A DNA stretch of 63,999 nt, counting the filler, from an uncultured bacterium (GTDB lineage: Bacteria; CAYSBA01): NCBI GenBank assembly GCA_964429075.1. It is 9 parts of 9 records of this genome, joined end to end, with 100 filler letters (N's around TTAATTAATTAA, not from the genome) between each part and the next. Parts side by side here need not be neighbours in the genome. Positions count along the whole stretch, not along the records: positions 30,736 to 38,251 come from CAYSBA010000050.1; positions 38,352 to 45,794 come from CAYSBA010000051.1; 7 more parts are not named here. One strand, 5' to 3'. The notes under the pieces were generated by a model, which was given only the letters and a program-made list of their open reading frames with translations, did no database searches and was not told the origin of the DNA. This document shows positions 30,736 through 38,518 of the stretch, one piece after another; the stretch's first letter is position 1, and each line of letters begins with the position of its first letter. The position numbers and the translations under genes were made by a program.

Positions 30736-31971
30736 CCCATAAAGTGCATCAATCTTAAAGTCCGGGTATAAAAAAGAGCAATCGCGGGCAAGGGTAGATG
30801 GATTACAGGAGATATAAACAATCTTTGAAGGAGGATCATTTAATATTGCCTTTATTACCTTTTTATGTAATCCTGCCCTTGGTGGATCAACAACCAGAAC
30901 AATATCCTTATTGATAAGATCACCTGCAACCTTCTCAGCCTTTTTTGCAATAAATCTGTAGTTATTTATCCCATACCTTTTTGCATTTAACTTTGCAAAA
31001 CCTACTGCTGACTCATCCTCTTCCACACCAACTATCTCCTTTGCCCTTTCTGCAAAGAACAGCCCTGGCAGACCACTCCCACAATACAGCTCCACAATCC
31101 TGTTACCAGGTTCGATAAATTCTTTTGTCTTTTTGATTAGCTCTTCAAACAAAACAACATTATTCTGAAAAAAACTTTTAATAGAATACAAGACCTCTCT
31201 TCCACATATCTTTTCACTAATATAGTCTCTACCTGTATGGTACAGTTCTTCTGTTATAATCGCTGCAGGTGATCTTGGATCAGAATAACCGAGCGTGTAC
31301 CCAAAAAGATTTTCAATATTATTTAGCTCTACTGGTGGAACCCTCTTTTCTTTGACCAATAGAATGATATAGATACCAGATTCACTCCTGCTATATCTGA
31401 CAATCAGATTTTTTAATGAGGATTCAGAAATATCGAGTCTATTAAGATGCTCAACAAATAAAAGAGCAGCCCTGTTGATCTCTTTTTCAGCAAGCATACA
31501 GCCTTCAGGCAGAATCAGCTTTTCAAAAGGACTCCCTCTTTTGTGAAATGCAAGATATAACTTTCCATTTTTTTTAAAAAAGGAAAACTCCATCTTGTTT
31601 CTATAACCAAATGGCTCGCGTGAAGGAAAAAATTCAATAGGTTCTACATCAGACATACCTGCCTGCCTAAAACTCTCTACCAAAAGCCTTTTTTTATACC
31701 TTAGTTGACTATCATAGTTAATAATCTGCCATGGCGAGCAACTTAAATAGTGTTCTTCGAGTGGATCTACCCTGTCTTTACTTGGCTCAATTATCCTTTC
31801 TGGTACTGCAATATTGTAATGCCTTTTGGTCTTTACTATCTTTACCTCTGCTAATTCATCTGGCAATACACCATGTGCAAATATTACCTTACCGTTGTAT
31901 CTACCAATAGCAAATCCCCCAGGCACAAGGTCTGTAAATCTTACCTCAATTTTCTGGTTAATCTTTGTCAT
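30736..31971 (-). CDS. rlmD: 23S rRNA m5U methyltransferase, RlmD/TrmA family; 3' truncated
   Basis: N-terminal TRAM domain, GYRNKMEFSF, SFFQ.N, LYCG.G, VDPPRAGL, YISCNP.TLARD. Confidence 0.9.
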
Positions 31972-32067
31972 ATTAAGCTTTAAAGACTGTAGGGAAAATT
32001 TATATATTTATTGTAAAAAAACTGCAATCTCCAAATGATACGATTTAGATCAAAAGATATTTTGGAT

Positions 32068-32676
32068 CTATATTTTTCTTGTTTGTTTTGGACAGTCAAT
32101 TCTAAGTTCATCGTAAGACATATATTTTTCAGTAAGCCTGCAGTAGTGTGGTTTATCCGACTCCGGCCTGAGATTTTCAACAAAATTATCACACACAAGA
32201 CACATCCTGATAACATCTACAATATTCTCTTCAACAAGGCGTCTTAAGAAATGCATAAGCAACATAAAGGTCTCACGTTTTTGCTGAATGTCGAGTTCGT
32301 TTATTATTGGCTGTAAGGCATCACTCCACTCACCAATACGCTCAATCAGATCTTCACCTTTGCTGGTAAGAATGATGTTAAAGGCCCTCCTATCATAATG
32401 ATCCTGAATCTTTTTCACAAGCCCCTTTTTAGAAAGACTTGTAATAGCATCACTGACAGTGGCCTGTGTAAGACCATATTCCATTGCAAGCTGACTCACC
32501 CTTGCCATCTTGCCCGGTCTGGAGCTGATACGTGTAAGAATCTGGAGCTGAAGAGGGCTTATTCCTTCATTTTTAACCCTGTCCCATACAAGTTTTCGGA
32601 CAATGCCATATATCTTTTCAAAGATAAATATAAGTTTCTGATCTATATCTTTTTCAGTATCAGTGACTTTTTTCAT
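32068..32676 (-). CDS. MarR-family regulator with C-terminal 4-Cys domain
   Basis: SPLQLQIL, ATVSDAI.SL.KKGLV, D.R...I.LT.KG; MCLVC...HYC...DC. Confidence 0.88.
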   Translation of the reverse strand: MKKVTDTEKDIDQKLIFIFEKIYGIVRKLVWDRVKNEGISPLQLQILTRISSRPGKMARVSQLAMEYGLTQATVSDAITSLSKKGLVKKIQDHYDRRAFNIILTSKGEDLIERIGEWSDALQPIINELDIQQKRETFMLLMHFLRRLVEENIVDVIRMCLVCDNFVENLRPESDKPHYCRLTEKYMSYDELRIDCPKQTRKI

Positions 32677-32771
32677 AATCTCAGTAATCCTAACTTTTTA
32701 AAATANNNNNNNNNNACACAATCTTTACGATCGTGTCTTATAAAAATCAAAAAAGCTTAAAATTTAAAATT

Positions 32772-33101
32772 TTATTTACAGTAACCCTGAAAATAGTCAT
32801 CATATGTACAGAACTGTTCGCCAGGACAGTCAATATCCTCAGTACATTCCTGCTTACACGCACTGTATGTATCAAATTCTATGCAGACATTTGTATCTCC
32901 AGAACAATCCTGAATAGAACTCCATTCCAGACAAACATCTCCATCATAATCGCCACACTCTTTATAGCTGTGATCACCGACACACATGATTTCACCAGAT
33001 TTAGTGCATTCGTCTTCACATTTATCGGTCACAATTATACAGGATTCAGTAGCCACAAATAGAAATATAAGAATTGCTATACCTGCTATCTTTTTAATCA
33101 T
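32772..33101 (-). CDS. Small Cys/Asp-rich putative lipoprotein
   Basis: GAGGAGG RBS; signal peptide ending TES-C; CGDYDGDVCLEW and CTEDIDCPGEQFC. Confidence 0.75.
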   Translation of the reverse strand: MIKKIAGIAILIFLFVATESCIIVTDKCEDECTKSGEIMCVGDHSYKECGDYDGDVCLEWSSIQDCSGDTNVCIEFDTYSACKQECTEDIDCPGEQFCTYDDYFQGYCK

Positions 33102-33116
33102 AATATCCCTCCTCGA

Positions 33117-33683
33117 TTAATGTTTCATCTCTTCTTTTTCTAATTCTTCAAATGCCTTTTCTGCGTTACGTCTGACATATTCTCTTACTCTGGCATCAAG
33201 CTCTTTCATCTTATCAAGCTGATTCTCAAAATCTGAAAGATTCAGTACTGCAAGTGAAAATATAGTACCATCGGATGGATCCCTCCAGTGATCTACAATC
33301 TGAACTCCGCTCAATGTCATCTTTGTAAAAGTCTTTATAACCTGGGTAACATCCTGCTCTTCACTTGATGCACTGAAATCACCTGCAGTTGTGCTTCTCT
33401 GATAATCCTTCATAAGGGCTGCTACATAGGTGTTGAATATTCTTGCTATCTCCGTCCTTGCGCGCTGATCTGCTGTTGACCTTGCGAGGGAACGATTTCT
33501 TATACCAGATGCAGAACCAACGCCATAGAAGGCCTTACCCATCTCTCCAGAATAGGCACCACTACCTTTGTTGACCCATTCTGGTGCACTGGACATAACT
33601 GGTGAGCCCTTAGAACCACAACCTACCATTAAGATACCCATCAACAGTGTTAACATTGCGTTAATAACCTTTCTCTTTCTCAT
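33117..33683 (-). CDS. LPP20-family lipoprotein
   Basis: AAGGAGG RBS; lipobox MVG-C; AP.WV, FYGVGSA, A..RAR.EIA. Confidence 0.8.
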   Translation of the reverse strand: MRKRKVINAMLTLLMGILMVGCGSKGSPVMSSAPEWVNKGSGAYSGEMGKAFYGVGSASGIRNRSLARSTADQRARTEIARIFNTYVAALMKDYQRSTTAGDFSASSEEQDVTQVIKTFTKMTLSGVQIVDHWRDPSDGTIFSLAVLNLSDFENQLDKMKELDARVREYVRRNAEKAFEELEKEEMKH

Positions 33684-33717
33684 TCTAACCTCCTTATTAA
33701 AACCCATAATTTTTTGA

Positions 33718-33785
33718 ATTCTAACATCTATTTTAGCTTTGTCAATAGTAAATCAAATTATGTGCCAGATTGTAACTATCTGATT
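33718..33785 (-). promoter_or_regulatory. Putative sigma70 promoter with upstream sigma54-like and IHF-like sites
   Basis: TTGACA-16-TAGAAT (33745-33718); TGGCAC-ataat-TTGA (33767-33753); AATCAG-atag-TTA (33785-33773). Confidence 0.45.
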
Positions 33786-33838
33786 TTATTAGATTAAAAT
33801 ATTTATCACAATTTCAGGTATGAAAAAAATGTCAGATA

Positions 33839-35386
33839 TCAGTAGGAATAGAAACCTAACAAACCAATAATACTCCTGATATCCTCATCCCTGTATTCAT
33901 AGGAGATACCACCCCATGGTGCAATGGATCCAGTAAAATCATCAATCCCCCCTTTTAAAACAAGTCTGTTCCAGACAGGTATCCTAAGATATGCCCTTAA
34001 CTGAAAGGGACCTGTCTTTTCATCTATCTTTATCCCATCAAGATCTTTGTCATTGTAACTGAATCTGCCTTCCAGGCCAAATGTTATAATCCTGTCTAAA
34101 AGGTTTATATTCAAATCAACTCCACCACCAAACCTACCTTCTAACATACCAAGTTTTGTTGATAAAAGACCCTTTATCCAATTCCATCCAATGATAAGTC
34201 GTGGGAATATATGGGTCTTATTTTCGGGCTGAGATTCCAACTTTTCTGGGAAATTGATTCTACCGTATTTATTGAGATGTAACAGGCTTAACCCAACAAT
34301 AAAATACTTCTTTTCACTCGGAATGAGTCTTATATATGGACTTGTAACCAGAAGATCCTTACCACCAAAGTAGTTTGCCTCACCACCGAGAAATATCTTT
34401 AACCTGCCAAGAGGAGCCAGGTATTCCCTGGCCACCTTTAAGGAACTCTTTAGATCACTATAGGCCTTTTCATCCTTTATCAATTTTCCGATCAACCCTT
34501 TGCCACCCTGAACCTCCTTTACTACCTCATTGAGTCGCTTTGTAGAATCACGAAGGTCATCAACAACCTGCTCAATAGAATTCCCAAGCTCTTTATCCTT
34601 TGCCAGTTTACCTACAAGACTACTTGTTGACTCAAGTCCTTCTACAACCCTGTTAAGACCATCAATAGTTTCTTTAAATCTTTCGTACAACTCTTCATCT
34701 GAGATAATGGCATTTAACAGACTCCTTTTACTCGAAAGCTTTTCAGAGAGTATCTGGCCTGTTTTGTTCAACTGATTGGTAATCGTTACGAGATTTCTGA
34801 GAGTTGTGATGATATATCTGTATGCATCCTCCTCCTTCAGGAGCTTTCCAAGGCTGCCTTGACCCTTTTTTACCTCTTCAAGTAGGTCGGATATACTGCC
34901 TGCAATTCCATCAAGACGGTTTACAAGCCTTGAAATAAGAAGTCTATTTTCATCGAGGATCCTTCCGGCTATATTGACTGTATCAATATAATGTCCGCCT
35001 TTAAGTGGGATTGTTTCTTTTTTCCAATCAAACACCTTGCGGTGGCGAGATCCAGGATCGATTGAGATATATCTACCGCCGATTATACTCTTATCCTTAA
35101 TGAGAATTGAATAATCTTCATGAAGTACAAAGTCTTTATATACCCTGCCAACAATCAAAACTCCCGATTCATCAAGCTCAATATCTTTTATTTCACCAAC
35201 CTTTACACCAGATACTGTAATATCCTCTCCCGGCTCTAAACCTGCTGCTGTATCAAAACGAATCTTTATTGGATGTCCCTTTTCAAAGATATCCACATCC
35301 CCAATGACAAGTGATAGGACAAGAAGAGCTGATATAGTCAAAACAAGAAAAAAACCTACAAGCAATCTTTTTTTAGGATCAAACAT
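33839..35386 (-). CDS. mlaD: Elongated MlaD/MCE protein with long helical region and C-terminal beta-rich (probable barrel) domain
   Basis: N-terminal TM; MCE motifs F..AAGL..G..I.VSGVKVG.I and GG.YI.I.PG; repeated G.LGKL..D; amphipathic strands at C-terminus. Confidence 0.88.
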   Translation of the reverse strand: MFDPKKRLLVGFFLVLTISALLVLSLVIGDVDIFEKGHPIKIRFDTAAGLEPGEDITVSGVKVGEIKDIELDESGVLIVGRVYKDFVLHEDYSILIKDKSIIGGRYISIDPGSRHRKVFDWKKETIPLKGGHYIDTVNIAGRILDENRLLISRLVNRLDGIAGSISDLLEEVKKGQGSLGKLLKEEDAYRYIITTLRNLVTITNQLNKTGQILSEKLSSKRSLLNAIISDEELYERFKETIDGLNRVVEGLESTSSLVGKLAKDKELGNSIEQVVDDLRDSTKRLNEVVKEVQGGKGLIGKLIKDEKAYSDLKSSLKVAREYLAPLGRLKIFLGGEANYFGGKDLLVTSPYIRLIPSEKKYFIVGLSLLHLNKYGRINFPEKLESQPENKTHIFPRLIIGWNWIKGLLSTKLGMLEGRFGGGVDLNINLLDRIITFGLEGRFSYNDKDLDGIKIDEKTGPFQLRAYLRIPVWNRLVLKGGIDDFTGSIAPWGGISYEYRDEDIRSIIGLLGFYSY

Positions 35387-36125
35387 TCCACAACCCTGAA
35401 GTTATAAAGGATTGTACCCTTTTGTCCTTTGAATGAAGGAAATCGGTTGCAGATGACTCTACAACTATTTCTCCATGCCATAACAAACCAATCCTGTCTG
35501 CAACCTTAAGTGCACTAATCATATCGTGGGTTACTATAATCATTGTCTTTTTAAGCTTCATCTTAAGATCTAATATAAGTTCATCGATTGTCCTACTCAT
35601 AACAGGATCAAGACCCGATGTAGGCTCGTCGTATAGAATAATATCTGGATTAAGAACAAGTGCCCTTGCAAGTCCTGCCCTCTTTTTCATCCCTCCAGAA
35701 AGTTCTGATACTAATTTATTTTCATGGCCCGAAAGTCCTACAAGTTGAAGTACTTCATCTACCTTTTCTTCAATTCTACTCTCATCTAAATCCGTGTGCT
35801 CTCTAAGCGGTAATGCTACATTGTCATATAGATTCATCCAGTTCAAAAGTGCTCCTGACTGAAACAGATAGCCCATTTTTAGTCTGATCTCCATTAGTTC
35901 ATCTTTATTGATACCATCCAGATCCTTACCCATTACCATGATTTTTCCACTATCCGGTCTGAGAAGGCCTGCAATATGTTTTAAGGTTACACTTTTACCT
36001 GTACCACTTGGACCAATTATAACATAGGTTTCCCCCTCATTTACAGTCAGACTCAACCCCCTGAGTACCTTCTGCTTCCCAAAACTCTTGGTTACACCAT
36101 CAACTTCTACCATACTTTTCATCAC
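35379..36125 (-). CDS. mlaF: MlaF-type ABC ATPase
   Basis: GPSGTGKS, LFQSGAL, ELSGGMKKRAGLARAL, YDEPTSGLDP, VTHD. Confidence 0.93.
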   Translation of the reverse strand: MMKSMVEVDGVTKSFGKQKVLRGLSLTVNEGETYVIIGPSGTGKSVTLKHIAGLLRPDSGKIMVMGKDLDGINKDELMEIRLKMGYLFQSGALLNWMNLYDNVALPLREHTDLDESRIEEKVDEVLQLVGLSGHENKLVSELSGGMKKRAGLARALVLNPDIILYDEPTSGLDPVMSRTIDELILDLKMKLKKTMIIVTHDMISALKVADRIGLLWHGEIVVESSATDFLHSKDKRVQSFITSGLWNV

Positions 36126-36137
36126 ATACCCGGCATT

Positions 36138-36902
36138 TCAATAGACAATCCATGTTATGATGTAATCAAATACCAGCACTGCAACAAAAGATATTACCAC
36201 GGACCTGAGGACAGACAGACCCACCCCTATTGCCCCACCATGGGTTTTAAGCCCATGATAGCAGGATATTGATGCTATGATTGCTCCAAAAACAACTGCT
36301 TTTATCAGCCCACTATAAAGGTCTTTTATATCTATAACATTTAAAGCCTTATCAAAATATACCTCAAAGGGTACCTTTAACATAGTCCTGCCAACAAAGG
36401 CACCCCCGAGAGTACCTACAATATCAGAAATCAATGTCATTGCTGGCATTACAATTATCAGAGCAAATAGCCTGGGAACAACAAGAAAGTCTATTGGGTC
36501 AATGGCCATCATTTTTAATGCATCTATCTCCTCATTCATAACCATACTTCCAAGCTCTGCTGCATAAGAAGAACCAACAAGTCCTGTAAGGATAAATGCT
36601 GTCATGACCGGTCCCATCTCTCTCGACATTGTGCTTGATATCAGATATCCTATTTGTGATTGTTGACCATAGGTTTTAAGTTCAAGTCCTGTCTGAAGTG
36701 CAATAACCATCCCTGTGAAGGTTGCAACTACAAGAATCACCAGAAGGCTTCCAAAACTGCAAAAATAGATCCTTTCAATTAACATATTATAACGCCTTAC
36801 AATCGATTTTGGTCTAAAAAAACTGGACAAAAAGAGTAAAAATACCTCTCCAACAGAAGCAAAAAGGGCTTCAAACCATGCAAAAACAACTGTCTCTTTC
36901 AT
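36138..36902 (-). CDS. mlaE: MlaE-type permease
   Basis: GMVIALQ, REMGPV.TA, GS..AAELGSM...EEIDAL..M.IDP..FLV.PR. Confidence 0.94.
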   Translation of the reverse strand: MKETVVFAWFEALFASVGEVFLLFLSSFFRPKSIVRRYNMLIERIYFCSFGSLLVILVVATFTGMVIALQTGLELKTYGQQSQIGYLISSTMSREMGPVMTAFILTGLVGSSYAAELGSMVMNEEIDALKMMAIDPIDFLVVPRLFALIIVMPAMTLISDIVGTLGGAFVGRTMLKVPFEVYFDKALNVIDIKDLYSGLIKAVVFGAIIASISCYHGLKTHGGAIGVGLSVLRSVVISFVAVLVFDYIITWIVY

Positions 36903-36909
36903 ATCTCAC

Positions 36910-36937
36910 ATCATACCACACAGGTAGCTTACTTCAA
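36910..36937 (-). promoter_or_regulatory. Putative promoter of mlaEFD (leaderless-type)
   Basis: TTGAAG-16-TATGAT with TGn extended -10, 7 nt before ATG 36902; no SD. Confidence 0.5.
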
Positions 36938-36993
36938 GATTTTTGACACAAATAGAATGACACTTATAAGGTCACAACAGAAATCTACACCAA

Positions 36994-37731
36994 TTAGATA
37001 TAGGCTGTAGGATCAGGGAAATCTGCCCTTTTAAAGGCCTCCTTCCTGATTATGCAGCTATCACATCTACCACAGCTCAGTCCATCAGTAGTTGGATTAT
37101 AGCACGATATTGTATTTGAGAAATCCAGACCAAGCCTTGAACCAACCTGAATAATCTCATGTTTTTTTAGGTTAATTAGAGGGGTCTCAATATAAAATTG
37201 CCTTCCCTCAACACCCATTTTTGTTCCCAATAATGCTACCTTTTTAAATGCCTCAATATATTGAGGCCTGCAGTCTGGATAACCTGAGTAATCAATACTA
37301 TTTACACCTATGTAAATATTTTCTATATTGTGCTCTTCACACACAGCCAGTGCATATGCAAGGAAAATAGTATTTCTTGCAGGGACATAACTCGTTGGAA
37401 TGCCCTCATTTTTTATTGTATCCATATCTCTATCAAGAGGTAATTCTCTATCTCCGGTAAGGGCAGAAGACTTTAAAAATGAAAGATCGAGGTTAATTAT
37501 AAGATGGTTATCTACACCTACGGATTTTGCCAGCCTTTTTGCAAATTCGATCTCAACCTTATGACGTTGATTGTAATTAAATGATAGGGCAACAACTCTT
37601 TTGTGCCTCCTTTTAGCAATAGCAAGACAGGTTGCCGAATCTATACCACCGCTTAATAAAACAACTGCAGCATTTTCTTTTTGTACTTTTTTAATTGAAT
37701 CTATTAGTTCAGTAACCAGGTCTGAGGACAA
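36994..37731 (-). CDS. queC: 7-cyano-7-deazaguanine synthase
   Basis: LLSGGIDS, Y.QRH, YVPARN.IFL, DYSGYPDCR, SCY...CG.CDSC. Confidence 0.96.
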   Translation of the reverse strand: MSSDLVTELIDSIKKVQKENAAVVLLSGGIDSATCLAIAKRRHKRVVALSFNYNQRHKVEIEFAKRLAKSVGVDNHLIINLDLSFLKSSALTGDRELPLDRDMDTIKNEGIPTSYVPARNTIFLAYALAVCEEHNIENIYIGVNSIDYSGYPDCRPQYIEAFKKVALLGTKMGVEGRQFYIETPLINLKKHEIIQVGSRLGLDFSNTISCYNPTTDGLSCGRCDSCIIRKEAFKRADFPDPTAYI

Positions 37732-38218
37732 CTGTATCTCCCTCTTTGAACTCCTTTGTACTCATAGTTATAATACATGTAGCACTACTTTCAGTTGTCC
37801 CGATTACTCTCATCTCCCCGAGAAACTCCTGTATGCCGGGCGTATTTTCAGAGGTTGATATGTTGCGAAAGACCTCAAGGGTATTACCAGGTATAAGACC
37901 ATCCTTCTGACCGATGGTTACAAACACCACACTACCTTCACCAAAAAGGATCTTATCCTCCACTGAATCTATAAGTATCCCCTGAGCACTCTCTTTGTTC
38001 TTAATTCTGTATACCTTCTTGAGCTGATAAGGCAGTCCATCTCCTATCAAATCACCACTTAGTATCCTTTCGAATGATTGGGTTATTTCACCTATGGTTG
38101 TATTTTCATCACTGTATCTTATAACAACCCTGCCAACTACCAGAATGACCCACCCAAAATGTTCTTCGTTCTTAGGTGGTATCCTGACCTCTCTAAGTAC
38201 TCTGTATATAGAATACAG
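37709..38218 (-). CDS. C-terminal part of a probable LysM-associated/FlgT-C-like protein (5' truncated)
   Basis: Open frame LYSIYRVLREV..GWVILVVGRV..G.I..SFE.I..GDL, then VFV..G.KDG..PGN.L.VFR, GE.RVI, GD.V. Confidence 0.6.
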   Translation of the reverse strand: MYSIYRVLREVRIPPKNEEHFGWVILVVGRVVIRYSDENTTIGEITQSFERILSGDLIGDGLPYQLKKVYRIKNKESAQGILIDSVEDKILFGEGSVVFVTIGQKDGLIPGNTLEVFRNISTSENTPGIQEFLGEMRVIGTTESSATCIITMSTKEFKEGDTVVLRPGY

Positions 38219-38251
38219 AGTACTTAGAGAGGTCAGGATACCACCTAAGAA
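38169..38251. repeat. Perfect 39-bp inverted repeat (5-nt loop) at the contig end; fold-back artefact
   Basis: 38169-38207 is the exact reverse complement of 38213-38251. Confidence 0.92.
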
Positions 38252-38351
38252 NNNNNNNNNNNNNNNNNNNNNNNNNNNNNNNNNNNNNNNNNNNNTTAAT
38301 TAATTAANNNNNNNNNNNNNNNNNNNNNNNNNNNNNNNNNNNNNNNNNNNN

Positions 38352-38517
38352 GATAATTGGTAAGCATTTTTCCATGAATCTTGTTTGATACCGTACAAAT
38401 TACAATATAGTCTGTAAAATTTGAAGAATCTTTTACATCAATTACAAGTAGATCTTTAGCCTTTTTGTTTAGAAGTAGTTTAATTATTGTCTCAACAATC
38501 CTCGGAGTTTCAATCAT
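38352..38517 (-). CDS. rsfS: Ribosome silencing factor, 3' truncated
   Basis: KKAKDLLVIDV...SNFTDYIVICT.SN..H. Confidence 0.85.
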
Positions 38518-38518
38518 T

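Noticed and set aside
32733..33062. Plus-strand 109-aa ORF
   Set aside because: Antisense to the Cys-rich lipoprotein, which has an RBS, a signal peptide and operon context
36994..37731. queC as part of a QatABCD or Dpd defence system
   Set aside because: Canonical length and motifs, housekeeping neighbours, no qat or dpd partners
38094..38303. Plus-strand ORF ending YRVLREVRIPPK
   Set aside because: Produced by the fold-back repeat copying the minus-strand gene
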